Shown: positions 23,346 through 36,545, counted from the first letter of the stretch. The stretch is DNA of 64,000 nucleotides from Eledone cirrhosa (GCA_964016885.1 OZ024746.1:72726001-72790000), one strand, 5' to 3'. Numbers and translations are program-made. The notes: a model not told the origin generated them from the sequence alone.

Positions 23346-23349
23346 TTTG

Positions 23350-25590
23350 TCAAAGAACTCTGTCAAAGGCTTTCTCGAGATCGACGAATGCCAGGTAGGG
23401 CGGCTTACCTTTAGCTAGGTACTTTTCCTGTAACTGCCTCACAAGGAAGAGGGCATCAGTGGTGCCTCTTCCTGGCACAAACCCAAATTGCATCTCATCT
23501 AGTTTCACCCGGTCCCTAATCAACTGTGCTATAACTCTTTCTGTTACTTTCATGACCTGGTCCATCAGCTTTATACTCTATAGTTTCCTCTATCTAGTGC
23601 ATCACCTTTACCTTTGTAGCAGTTGACAATGATGCTGCTGCACCAATCCTTTGGTATGACACCTTCTAGTATTACTTGGCTAACAGTACGTGTGGTTATG
23701 GTGTGACCTACCGACCCAGATGCCTTCAACATCTCAGCAGCTATACCCGATGGACTGGTTGCCTTCCCCGTCTTCATATCTTTGATTGCCTTACTTACTA
23801 TGCTGCTGCTGACTTGTACTGCTGGCCCCTCTATAGCGTCTACTTGGGGTAGGGTCTCTTCTTCCCATGCATTCTCCTCATTTAGTAATCTATCATAATG
23901 GCTCTTCCACACATCTTTCTTCTCAGCACTTGTGAGGGCAAGCTCACCTTTATCATTCTGGATACACTTCTCTCCAATGACATCACAATTCTCTCTGGCA
24001 CACTGCCTCGTAATCTTGAACACCTCCTGTTTCTGGTCCTAACGTTGCAAAACATGCTTGAATTTTCTATCCTCTGCTTCCTTTCTAGCTAAGTATACTT
24101 GTCGTCTAGCTTCCCTCCTGGTCTCTATGTAATGTACCCTGCTTCCCCCGTTCTTCCATTCTTTCCATGTCTGTCTCTTGACCTTAACTGCCTCATCTAC
24201 CTTATTGTTCCACCACCAAGTCACTCTCCTCCTGCCTGTGGTCTTACTCCAGCCACAGATCTCATCCGCCGCCTTTAGTAAGTTATTTTTTAGGAACTCC
24301 CAGTACTCTTCTACATTGAATGTCTCTATCAGTTCTTCTTTACTGTCATAGGCATTGAGTAAAATATCTTTAAATCTGTTACTGGCTTCCAGATCTTTCT
24401 TCTCCAGGTTGGCTTCTGTTTCCAGGTTCGTCTAGTTCTGACCGTGGGGTCGCTGATAACTAAGCTATATTGGGAGGTACATTCCTCACTAGGGAAGGTT
24501 TTTGTGTTACGACCGTCCATCTGTCACGCCCTCTGATGACGATAAAATCTATCTGACTAGAATGCTCCCCTGATCTATAGGTGATCATGTGGTTGTCGGA
24601 TTTTTTAAAGTTTGTGTTACATATCGACATGTCATTGACATCGCAGAATTCTAGAAGTCTGAATCCTTCTTCATTTCTTGTGCCAACCCCATGGCCTCCA
24701 TGGAGTCTATTGAAGCCGTCACAGTTTTTACCTACGTGTCCGTTAAAATCTCCTGTGATGATTAGGAAATCATTGTCGTTTGTTAGAGCAGTAGTGTGCA
24801 TTAGGGACTCGTAAAACCTATCCTTAAGTTCGTCTGGTAACCCCGATAGGGGTGCGTAAGCTGATATTATTGTGGTAATTGTTTTATTCAGGGCTAGTCT
24901 GAGTTTAATGATTCTTGCATTTACCCTGTTCACTGAGATTACTTTAGCTACCCACTTGTCAGCTAGTAGAATACCTACACTACCCATCCCATCGTCATTT
25001 CCCACCCAGAAAAATTTGTAGCACTGACTTTTTACTACAAGGACTCTAGCAGACTCTCCATTTAGTCTCTTGCACACAGCATACATCAATTTCCTTTCGC
25101 TCTAGCATCTCTACGATTTCTCCTGCTCTTCCTTTCATTGTGCTTACATTGATGGTACCAACTCGGAGTTTTGGCCATTTGTCAACATTCGTGGGGAAGG
25201 GTCGATTTTTGCAGGGGTGTGCGTGTGCTTCCTGTCTCTGAATTGAAGCTTCACATGGGTGCTTGGTAGCTCGCGGATTCATATTCATTTTCATTTATTA
25301 ATTCAGGGTTGCTTCATTTATTCTCAGTTCATCCATACATAACGGTAGGAAAATTCAGGGCTAGAAGAACAGTGGTGGTGGTAATAATGGCAGGGTGTGT
25401 TGGGCTGGGATGGGGGAGGAGAGAGGTAGATAGTAGTAGTAGAAATGGCAGGGTTTGTTGGGGTTGGTAGTGGGTGAGAGGGGCATGCTGAGGTTTGATT
25501 GGTCGAATAGGCTATGGTGGTGTGAGGGGTGGGTGGGGGGTAAATTGTGAGGTAGGTAGCCAAATCATGGCCTGTAGCATCTCATGGCAA
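23350..25590 (-). mobile_element. RTE-clade LINE 5' portion (5'UTR, APE endonuclease, start of RT), frameshifted; a 3' tail lies at 22655-22837
   Basis: VGTINVSTM, CVQETKW, GDFNGHVG, SQIDFI, RGNYR, QFGFVPGRGTTDA, FVDLEKAFDRV. Confidence 0.95.
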
Positions 25591-25702
25591 AATAGACGGA
25601 TAGGAGTAAGATGACTTTGAAGAGAAAGCGAACTGATAAATAAAAAAAATATATATATATATAAATATATATATATTTTTTTAATTTATCAGTTTGCTAT
25701 GT

Positions 25703-25733
<31 letters not shown>

Positions 25734-27269
25734 CACATATATATATACATATGTGTGTGTGTGTGTGTGCGTGGGGCGATAGAAATTATTTAGATGTAGC
25801 GGGAGACGAATTGGCAATATTAGTTGGTACTGTGGTTCGTTGTTCACTTGTGTATTGCTTTGTGATGTGGTCACGTTTGTGTACAGTGTAGGTGAAGAAA
25901 ATTGATGTGCCTGGTACAGTGTGACCAGAGTTTGTGGATGTGCAAGTTAGCTACAGTATTCATTATGGTCATGATGATGTGATGATTCTTTGAGTACATG
26001 ATTTACCCTGATCACATTGGTAATGAAATAAAAACCAAATCGCTACTTAAATATAATTATTAGATTAATAACCTGCTACATGGCTATTGTTGACAATATA
26101 AGAAAGCAAGGCTTATGGTATTATGGTGTACGCATAGGTGCAATAATTCAAAAGATGTTATTTACAGTGGTGTTTGAACTGACCTTTGTTGAGTTGGGTC
26201 CTTGTAAAGAAGGTTGGAGCATTTGGCTAATTGCTACATCTTTGTGTTTACTGAAACAAACTATTTTTGTTGTGTCTCCTTTGAGAAATGAGAGAAAGAT
26301 GTATTAAAGAAAGTGTTATCCTAACCTCCAGTGGGCCAGTTTCTCCAGACTAACTGGCGGTAGTTTGATACAAAAGAAAATTGAACATCTATGTGCTACA
26401 AGGTCAGCATTGTCCTACTTTGTCAATATCAGCACAAAAGTTCAAATTACTGCTACAGTAATTCCCCGTCTAGATCAAAATGGGAGTATCAATTGAAAAC
26501 CGAAGATGTAGCAGAATTTGAATGCAAGTGTATGTCTTGAAATACTCACTGCATGAGTCTACAGAACTTTGAGTCGCTCAACATAGCTGAACAATTGATA
26601 TTCCACAGTGAGTCGGGAATATAATTTGAAACTAGTTTCACTGAAAAAAGCAGTGGCAGCTTTGTACATATATATGTATATATATGTTGCACCTAAATCG
26701 AGGTGGTTATGCCAAACTAGTTCAGATAGGAAAGAATTATCTCGGGAATTCCATACAAATCAAGGAGATACTCCTGTACTCAGTGTGCAATGAAGAAACT
26801 TCGAAAAGTATGACACTATTTGTATGCATGTGTGTAAACATTTAAATTCAGTATACATAGAGCTCAAAACATGGGGGACAGTGATCGTCATTTGTCTGCA
26901 AGTATACAGAGTTGTGTATCACTTGACATATGTTAAGCCAAAATGGCATTCTGCAGTGAGTCGGGAAGCTGAGACTAGATTGATGTAAAAGCTTTGGTAA
27001 CTTGTGTGCAGTTGCATGTAATGGATGCAGAAATGTGCAGCTTTGCCGTGTTTGAAGTGAGTATGTATCGATAGCTTTTTCCGTAACTTCAAAACTAGTT
27101 GCAAAGAGATTCCTTGTCACATCCACACATGAGCCAAAAGTCACACATGCATGTCTATGTGTTTACATGCAACTGAAATGGTTGATGCAATGTGTGTGTG
27201 TTTGTACACATATATTACATAAACTACATACACAAGATGAACAACATTTAAAACAGATGTTACCTGCAT

Positions 27270-27420
27270 GAGAATTGGCAGAGTCATTAGAATGTTGGAT
27301 AGAATGCTTCATGGTATTCGTTCCAGCTCTCTGCTCTCTGAGTTCAAATCCCAATGAGGTCAACTTTGCCTTTCATCGTTTCAAGGTCGATAAAAAAGTA
27401 CCAGTCTAGTACTGGGGTTG
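27270..27420 (+). mobile_element. tRNA-derived SINE, second family (GGTCGATAAAATAAAGTACCAG core), degenerate
   Basis: GAGTTCAAATCC B box and ACTTTGCCTTTCATC core, similar to 35945-36135. Confidence 0.7.
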
Positions 27421-29757
27421 ATTCCTCCTCCATATCTCTTTCTCATTTCCTCTCTCTCACTTTCTATCTTTCTTTGGAAGAAACCTGCTGTATTCAGGCC
27501 TGGAGAGGGATGGACTTTGCCAGGCTTAAAATGTCCAAGAAACGCTGTATGTCAATACGGTGCCCCTATGACTCTATCAGGAGTTATGGGACAATACATA
27601 CCGGCAATAGATTGATGAATAAATGTCAAAAGTAGTAAAGAAAAATTATTGTGGAAAACAAATATTTGATATCAAAAGAATTCATGCAGTGAGAAAGTCT
27701 TGTCCTTTTGTTTGTTTAGGATAGGGAGAGAACAAATATAAAAACATTAAGAGTTCAAACAGTTATTTTTTTCATGCTGTTCTTTCTTGTAGGCATGTGT
27801 GCTCTGTTTCATGTTGTTGCTGTCACAGAGAATACATGAATTAATTTATGTTGCATAAGAAAAAGCACCCAGCACACACTGTAAATGTGGTTGGCGTTAA
27901 GAAGGGTATCCAGCTGTAGAAACGAAGCTAAAATCAGATCTGTGTGAGCAAATTCACAGTCCCTTGACCTAATCCCACACAAAAGGACAGCCCGTCCACC
28001 CATGCTAGAGTAGAAGATGGACATTAAATGTTGATGATGATGATGATCATGAAAAATATATTCTTTCATTCTCTTACTGATTCTTGTCATTGGACTTTAC
28101 TTTTTTTTGCAATTATGCAAATTGTATTGGCCAAAATTCTTCCTTCTTTTTTTTTCTACTTTTAAAACATCTTTGTACACTGATAAAAAAAATGGTAATT
28201 TCTCTATTCATCAATTGAAACAATGACTCCATTTTAAAAGAACTTTGTGTACCCCAGTTTAGAATAGATACACCATATCCCAGTGTGTTGCAATAGACAA
28301 TAAAAAAGGTTGCCATCAGGAAAATCGTTTGGCTGTAAAAGACTGCCTCAAAAAGTCTTACCCAACCTAGGCTAGCAAATAAAAATTGACAAAATCGATG
28401 ATGATAATGGTGGTAGTGATGATGGCGGTAGTGATGATGGTGGTAGTGATGATGACGCTGATGATGATGATGATGATGAAGAATGCAAACTATCACCATT
28501 ACCTCTGGCCTACATTCTGGAACTCTTTGATATGTTTGAATAAGCCTATGACAATTTAGTTAATTGTGACCTGGTATTTCTGAATTGTTTTGTTTTCTAG
28601 CACATCATATTTAATTTTAATGGTAACTATAAACATATATTGCTTACAGATATAAACATATATTGTTTACAGATATTTCTTATTTTGATTGTCAACAAAG
28701 GGTAAAGGTGAAAATGTCTGAGCAGAGTGCTCTGCATGAAATATATATATTCAAATAAGGTCTCTCATTGTGAATATGGTGAATGGAAAAAAACTTCAAG
28801 CAACCAAGATCACCAGAAGGAAACAAGGGAGAGAACTCCAATAACCTGAGGCGATCCAAATCTTTTGGAACACTTTTTAACAATGGGGTAGGAGCAGACC
28901 ATATCTATATGCAAATTTCATAAGTGAGTATATATGCATATATACATATATTATATTTTTAGGTGCTTTACAAAAGTACTTTTAAGTTATCTTATATTCA
29001 AAACAAAAGTACTTTTGAAAACACATAGAAAGGGAGTTAACCGCTATGAGCAGTGCAGGTGCGTATGTGAAATAATTTAATATGTGTGAATTAACTTAAA
29101 AGACTATATCCAAGAAAGGTAAATAGAAATAAAATCACATGAAAAAGGTCACATTGTGGGCTAAAAAAATGGTTAAAACCCAAATTTAAATGTTTTCATT
29201 GTTTTCTTTCTTATATCTTTATCATCATTATTTAATGTCCCTTTTACCTGCTAGCAAAGATTGGATGGGTCATTACAGACGTCAGCACTTAATTGGAGCT
29301 ACTGACATCTCATATTGGCTGGGTTTTACATCTCACATATGTTCTTGCTTTCTACAGGATGCAATGAATACATTTTATCATGGTACCAGCACTAGAAAGA
29401 TTGTCATGCCCCTGACAAAACTGAACTGTCCTCTCATCCCTTTTTTTTATGGTATCTATAGCTGGAAGCCCTCCTATCATCAACCACCTTATAGGGTTTA
29501 ATGGATGCATTTTTTCGTACTGTCAGCATTAGCTTTATAGGTATGTTTCCATCGTTTTAAACAAATTATTTTCAGTTTTCTATTGTATTTAAATCAAATG
29601 TGACTTTTTCCCCCAAGACTCAGAAGAAAATTAATGTTTTCCACTGTTTTTTTTTTATTTGCATAGCCCAACGACATACCAAGTATTGTCAATCCACCTT
29701 TGGTCAAAACTAAAGATGAAGGCACATGTAATAAAAAAAAATATACAAGTGTAGTCT

Positions 29758-30257
29758 TTGATAAAAATTTTGGTGTTATTATAGAAAGATACTTCCATTG
29801 ATTTCAGTGGGAAATAACATTTTTTCTTTCTTTTTCTTTGTGCTATCAATTAAACGTACCTCTTGCAAAGGACTTTTTCCCCCTGAAAAAGGAAAGGGGA
29901 GAGGGGCACCTTCAGACTCCCTCACTGAATTTTCTTTACCATTTCTTTTTTCCTTGTTTTATTTTCCTATGCTACCAACTAATCTTACCCCTGACCATGT
30001 TGCAAAGGACTTATTTTCCTCCCTTAGAAAACGGAGGGGGAAGAAATGAGGGGACTCTCAGACTTTTCACTCCCTCTTCTCCAGGGTTAAGATTAGGGTT
30101 AAGGCTGGGGTTAGACTTAGGGTTGAGGTTAAGGTTGGTGATGGGGTTAGGATCAAGGTTTGATAGCATATAAAAAAAGAAAGAGGAAAATAAATTATTT
30201 TCCACTGAAATCAGTGGGGGTGTCTTTCTATAAATTTACCAAAATTTCTTTTATCAA
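29758..30257. mobile_element. MITE-like element with long TIRs and internal degenerate TTAGGG repeats
   Basis: TATAGAAAGATACTTCCATTGATTTCAGTGGGAAATAA (from about 29780) is inverted at about 30194-30231, and the IR extends imperfectly about 20 bp further. GGGTTA-like repeats at 30084-30160. Confidence 0.65.
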
Positions 30258-30563
30258 GAGAAATGATTTTTTAAGTGAATTTTATTAACTGCTGACTGCC
30301 GATACACACAGAGACCAGTTTGCTTCAAATTATCTTTTAAAATCATTATTCGTTGATATACAGATTGGTTTAATATACAAACACACACATATACTTATAT
30401 ATATTTATACATACAGACTCTCGGGTCTTGAATAATCGTCCCCGCTACTGCTTATTCATTTTTCAGATTTCTAACCCCTCTGCTCTTATTCCAACCCCCC
30501 ACTGCTTATTAAATTTTGCTAATCTATCTACGGCAACAGTTTATTTTAATTGGTAGCACTTCT

Positions 30564-30636
30564 TCCTTGTGCAGGGGCCATGCTAAACTTCTCTGTATCG
30601 TTCCAATTTTAGAATATGTACTGCTGTAGCAGGATA
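30564..30636 (-). pseudogene. U6 snRNA pseudogene, 3'-truncated (about nt 1-73)
   Basis: Minus strand GCAGTACATATTCTAAAATTGGAACGATACAGAGAAGTTTAGCATGGCCCCTGCACAAGGA matches U6, including the ACAGAGA box and AGC triad. Similarity stops after CAAGGA. Confidence 0.92.
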
Positions 30637-31042
30637 GACATGTGCAGCCGAGTTGGAAGTGGTATCATAACTGGCAGATGTAAAATCAGTTGGCTGGAAT
30701 ATGCAGATGACACGGTGTTACTTAACTTGACAGAAGGTGATCTCCGACTTGCAGTTGATAGGTTTGATGCCGAGTGCTGCATGGCTGGAATGAAAATCAG
30801 TGTTCCAAAAACTGAGACACTTGTCCTCTTAAGGAAGCTTGTACAGTGCATTCTATATGTAAATGGAGTTCCCCTGAAGCAAGTGGAGAAGTTAAAGTAT
30901 CTCGGGGCTATGTTTATGAGTGATGGAAGGCAGGAGGCTAAATTAAGTGCAAGAATTGTAGGAGCTGGTGCAGTAATGCGCCAACATCAGCAGTCAGTCA
31001 TCAGAATAAAGGAGGTAGATGTAAAAGCCAAACTCTCTATCA
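30637..31042 (+). mobile_element. RTE (Expander/Rex3-like) LINE RT fragment
   Basis: LEYADDTVLL, GMKISVPKTE, LKQVEKLKYLG. Confidence 0.85.
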
Positions 31043-31298
31043 CATTCCTGCGGCAATTAATTTTCTTTAGACATTAAAAAAACATTATACATTTCACGAA
31101 ATCACATACATTATAAAATAAATAGGATGGGTAGGGGTCTCTATGTAAACTAAATGACTAATTCTGGTGTTTAAAAAAAATGAAGGGAGACAACATAGAA
31201 AAATTACCGACCTCCCCCCCCATCATTTGGGACCTAAGAATACCTATCCATCGCCTTAATGTAATTATTCGTAAATATCTATCTTATCACTATAATTA

Positions 31299-31466
31299 CT
31301 GTATTTCCAGGCGCCGAAGATCCTACAATTTTCCTAAAATAAGTATCAATAATCTACCATGTGTCCTGGAGGCCGAAGGTTGTTCATTATTTTTTTTCAA
31401 ATTTTTGGTTGTCAAAATTAGGGTGTGTCCTCGAGGACGAAACGATTTCGGCTCCGGGAAATACGG
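31299..31466. mobile_element. pogo/Tc2-like MITE
   Basis: TA-CTGTATTTCC ... GGAAATACGG-TA terminal IRs with TA duplication. Confidence 0.75.
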
Positions 31467-32627
31467 TAACTCCCAACATTTTTCTTTAACTATGGTAGTG
31501 CTCCCTATTGGTGATGTCATGCTGCTATATTACTGCCAATCCAGTCAATCTGCCACTGCTGCAGTCATTTGCTGACTGACTAGCAGTTAATGACACATGT
31601 GGGATACTGGCGCTAACTTGAAAATTTAGTAGTAAGGGGGATTTCGGAAACCCTACAAAGAACTGTTGGCCGATAAGAATTCCTTTGTCCGAATTTGCTG
31701 GTTATGGATTTATTAATAATTGATGACCAGCGGATTCTCCACGGAATTTGAAACAGAACTTTATCAGCTTAGATGTAAATTTTTGTGTGCTAAACTAGAG
31801 GGATTCTGGCTGTTTCAAATGACAAAATTGTACTTTAATATTTTCATATGTTAATGTGTTGATACAATAATTACACTGTTTTTATAGCTTATACTTCTGG
31901 CTGGGAATGTTGTCTTACAATTAATCCTATGCATGTGCTTCAAATGAATTTGTTGAGCAAATTCTAAACAAGATTGAAATCAATGGATATCGATCTAAAC
32001 CCTTATCATTTAGCTGTTGCACCCAACAAGAGTAAGGCCTTGGCAGGATGATCTGGCGGAAGGTGAAGGACATGTCCATACCAGCATATGCACATGCAAC
32101 TCTTTATTGGTATAGATAAGGTGAAATCTATTTCACTAAATCTACCATGTTCTATATTTACTATAATTTTGGTGTTTTCTGTTTCACTAACCCTACCATG
32201 TTCTATATTTACTATAGAGATAGTGTGTTGTATTTCACAGTTAGGTCAGGCTTTTGCTTGCTACTTGTGCCATGTAATCCAATACAACCCGTTTCATAGT
32301 GGAGTGGTCAGCAACTAAACTGGCTTCGCCACCAGACCTTAGTCTAGTCAGGAGGGTATATGGAACCCCAGCAGCACAAAAAAATAAGAGCTGTTAAAAG
32401 AGTGGATGAATTCGTCAGAGTCAATGACCATCCACCTAAACTATGAGTTAAATAGCATCACTAACCCTTAATTGGCCAAGTGTTGTGAGTATGGTTACAC
32501 CCCTGAAGACATGACCAAAACCAAACACAAAGTGGTGGAAGTCAACTAGAGTGAGGTTCCTCCAACAGGAGTGAGAAAGTCTTGGATTGGGTTGGATATG
32601 TATATTCATACATATATATATATATAC

Positions 32628-33372
32628 AGGTGATCTCCGACTTGCACTCGATAGGTTTGATGCCGAGTGCTAGAGGGGTGGAATGAAAATCAGTGCTGCA
32701 AAAAATGAGATGCTCGTCCTCTCAAGGAAGCCTGCGTAGTGCACATTACATGTAAATGGCGTTCCACTGAAGCAGGTGGAGAAGTTCAAATATCTCATGA
32801 TACGAATGATAGAAGGCAGGCAACTGAATTAAGTGTAAGAGTTGCAGGAGCTGATGCAGTAATGCATCCGCTTCAGCATTCAGTAATCAGAAGGGAAGTA
32901 GGCGTAAAAGCTGAACTCACTATCTTTAATTCGTTATTCGTGCCAACCCTTGCCTATGGTCATGAATTTTGGGTAATGACCAAAAGAATACAATCACGAA
33001 TACAAGCAGCCGAAATAGGGTTACTTCGAAGGGTCTTTGGAGCAACCGTACTCGATAGACTTCATAGCTCGGAGAGTCACTCCAGGTAGAGCCACTACTT
33101 TTCCGAATTGAGAGATCACAACTCCAATGAGGATGTGGTTAGAATGTCTCAGGAAAGAATCGCTGGACAGATTTTATGGGCAAAACCAACCAGCAGAAGA
33201 TCCAGGGTAGACCCTGAGCAAGATGGTTGGATAACATTCATGAGCATAGCTGGTTTTGAGTGGGGATCCAGTTAGATAAGTTGGGGACGATTGCTTCTGA
33301 CAGGACCTGATGGAAGGAGTGTTTGAGGACTCTGCCCCCACGACCCTCCCAGAATTAAGTGGGGGAAGAAGA
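32628..33372 (+). mobile_element. RTE (Expander/Rex3-like) LINE 3' part; related pieces at 41190-41740 (+) and 45222-45388 (-)
   Basis: SLFVPTLAYGHEFWVMTKRIQSRIQAAEIGLLRRV and a shared 3' end GAGGACTCTGCCCC...GAAGA. Confidence 0.85.
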
Positions 33373-34275
33373 TATATACATATATATAAAAATATATATA
33401 TAGAGAGGTTTAATATAGAAAAGGCTTCTACATGACTAGAACCGTATATACAAGGTAGGTGTCATGACAAAAAGCACCCAGTACACAGTAAATGTGGTTG
33501 GCGTTAGGAAGCACACCCAGTCGTAGAAACCAAGCCAAAATTAGTTCTTAATGAGCAAGACGTGGTCATATTACCTGGCTTATCTCACGAGACAACTCGT
33601 CTAACGTGGAAAAATGGACTTTAAACGGTGATAATGATATATATATATATATCCTGATTTAATAACCAAGCTTATACATACACAAACACACATAGGTACC
33701 ATCTGAATAAAATCAAGTACCCTTTATACATAATGTATTGAGTCTAAAAGTTTGTATTGAGCGGCGGCTCGGGGTTTATTCCAGTTTTAAGTGACTGAGA
33801 GATGACACACACCCTGAACAGGGTTAAACTCCCAACTATTGCAAATACTCATTTTCAGCTGAGTATGCTGGAGCAACGTGAAATGTTTTTTTTAAACCCA
33901 CGGCATTATGATCGTGTTTCTTACTACTAGGCCACGCACATGTGTGGATTTGCGGTTTCGTTCAGCTTTTTAACGGAAGACAATTGAACTACACGTACAT
34001 ATATATATATATATATATATATTATTTAACGTGAGAAATTCAAATACTACTCTTTTTTTTTTATCTCGTAAAGGAAGTCGGTGATTGAGTGACTTGAGAG
34101 AAGTAGACGTAAAGGCGGGAGACGGCATTGTTATCAAGCAAGATAATTGTGGAAGGAGGAAGAATAAGACAAAGAGAGAGAGAACAAGGACAGGAAATAG
34201 GACAAAAGCGAAATAGCGGGATGGTCTGACGAAGTTCAGATATATAAATCTATTCAAGTACACACACATATATAT

Positions 34276-34382
34276 ATACGATATTAACAAATGGAAACTA
34301 TATTTATTTCAGTTGAGTGCTTTATATCAGTTATTAAAATATTTGCTTGTTGTATCCCAACAATTTAAATAGAACTTTTGCA
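34276..34382 (+). mobile_element. Family A fold-back element, collapsed copy
   Basis: First 30 bp of the left arm (TATACGATATTAACAAATGGAAACTATATTTAT) joined directly to the tail (GAGTGCTTTATATCAG...GAACTTTTGCA). Confidence 0.8.
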
Positions 34383-35944
34383 TATATATATATATATAAA
34401 TATATATAGAGAGAGAGCTATGCTTTCTGTGTTTGTGTTTTTGAACTATATAGGAAGGGGAAAAGTAGTTTGAAGGAAAAAAAACTTAAGAGAGGAGTAG
34501 TATGAGTGCAAGAGAGAACAAAGATAAAGAGGGAGAGAAGAAAAAAAAAATGGTTGTAGATATTTATTTAGAACATGTGATAGTGGTGAGTGGCAGGAAG
34601 AGAAGAAAACAGGAGAAAGAAGCAGCACGTGATTAGGTAGAGTTGTAAGAGAAAGGAAAAGACTAAACAAAGAGAAAGACAGCCAAGGAATATAGAGAGG
34701 CGATATCTCGGGTAGCGTTAAATAAATGTGTGCTTGTGTATCATTCTTACAAGGTGTATGTGTGCGCTTATGTATAATTCTCATGCGTTTGTATGTGTGA
34801 AATTGTTTCTTGTGCATATTTGAAAAAATGAAATAAAATCGACCAGAAAATCAAACAAAATTTTTTTAAAGATTTTAATTCAAGAAAAGAAAGAATGGTT
34901 AAAGAAACCAAACCCAAACCCTTATATGACAATGTAATTATAGAAACATTTTGAAAGGAAGTGCCAAAACTCGTCACACTGTCAAATACTCCAACACGAC
35001 ATTATTTTGACAGTCAATACATCGTTACTATAAATTAAGCGGGGCAATCCTATAGGATCGAGTCGTAAAACCCATTTCTTCCTATAATTTTGTGCACATA
35101 GGATTGGAAAACACCAACCCTTGTAAATAAACCCTACAGTGAATTTACGGTGACAGTATGTCTAGTTTCATATTTACGTTAACACGAAGTAAAAATGTAT
35201 TTCGTTAATTTGTAGATCGGAAGCTAAATTAACCCACTATTGTCATTTCACTTAATTTCAACGTACACATAACGAAAGAATGCCTACTCCCCAACCCTTC
35301 CACAAGCTTGCAATCCTCGGATGCCATTATTTACATTTATATTATAACGGCAGTTCTTTTAGATAGCCTTCGATGATGGAATCGAGCAGGAAATCATAGC
35401 ACCACTAACCGTAAAAAAGCGAAGCCGTTGTCCTAAAATCCAGCCCCCCCTTTCGCCCTAATTTACGATATAGTGCCAACCTAATCAGTCTTGCCACAAA
35501 CATGGGGCTGGTCACACGCAACGGAAGATGATTAAATACCAGGCATTATTGGCCGTCTCCTTTTTTTGTGTTGGTCACCATTGAGACCTCTGGTGTGCTC
35601 GGTCCGGACTGCCGTTTTCCTCTGCTAAATCGACATTGACATCGTGGCTGAAGAAAGAACTCACAACTGGTGAAATAGCGGATGCAGCGAGTTTCGCTGT
35701 CTGTTCTTAACAATGCTTTCTTTCAGTCCTGTCCGCGGGGTGCATCTGAGATATACCAATGGGTGTAGAGTTTTCTCTCTCTTTTTTAAAAATTCGTTTT
35801 GTCATTAAGAACTGACTGTAAAAAACTAAAAATTACGACACTGAAAACAGCCTTAACCCTATTGGTCGTGGTGAAGAGAAGAATAATCAATGCAATGCTG
35901 GTAGTAGTAATAGTAGCAGCAGCAACATTATTACTGCATTCAAG

Positions 35945-36135
35945 GGCGGGGAATTGGCAGTATCGGTAGAGAGTCGGACGCCATGCTTTCTAGCATAGTT
36001 ACGTCCCTTTACAGTCTGAGTTCAAATACCGCCGAGGTTAACTTTGCCTTTCATCCTTCCGGGGTCGATAAAATAAAGTACCAGTAATGTACTGAGTAAT
36101 TGCTGGCCTTGTGCCTAAAGTAGAAACAATTATTA
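35945..36135 (+). mobile_element. tRNA-derived SINE, second family
   Basis: TGGCAGTATCGG A box, GAGTTCAAATACC B box, GGGGTCGATAAAATAAAGTACCAG core. Other copies at 36370-36545 (-), 37810-37980 (-, partial) and 51865-52052 (+). Confidence 0.85.
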
Positions 36136-36369
36136 CTGCATTCATTGATTGTGGTTAAAAAAAGGGAAGTAGGAGCTAAAGAGGGGTGGTGAAAGCAAAG
36201 GATAAGAAATAGGAGTATGAGGAAAGATAGAGAAGAAAGGGGTAGGTGAGCTAGGAGAACGAAGGAGTAATATGACGTCACGCCTGTAATTATAACTTCT
36301 CTTTCGTATTCGTTTAGTATTTCCATCCACAAAATTGCAGTGAATTATAATTACAATGTATATATAATT

Positions 36370-36545
36370 GTTTATACTTTTTGGCACAAGGCCAGCAATT
36401 ACTGGTACTTTATTTTATTTTATCGACCCCGTAAGGATGAAAGGCAAAGTTAACCTCGACGGGACTCGAACTCAGAATGGCAAGGGCCATAACTCTGTGC
36501 GTCAAAGCATAGCGTCCGACCCTCTACCAATACTGCCATTCCACC
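36370..36545 (-). mobile_element. tRNA-derived SINE, second family, inverted relative to 35945-36135
   Basis: Reverse-complement core CTGGTACTTTATTTTA...TCGACCCC...GGATGAAAGGCAAAGTTAACCTC. Confidence 0.85.

Larger units (their letters stand above)
30418..31240. mobile_element. Putative TIR element enclosing the U6 fragment and an RTE fragment
   Basis: Imperfect terminal IRs CTCTCGGGTCTTGAATAA / TCATTTGGGACCTAAGAA(TA). Confidence 0.45.

Noticed and set aside
28783-28923. Short plus-strand ORF MEKNFKQPRSPEG...RRSKSF
   Set aside because: Looks coding-like, but only about 46 aa with no recognisable homology or linked exons.
30084-30160. True telomere or chromosome-fusion scar
   Set aside because: Short, degenerate and enclosed by TIRs.
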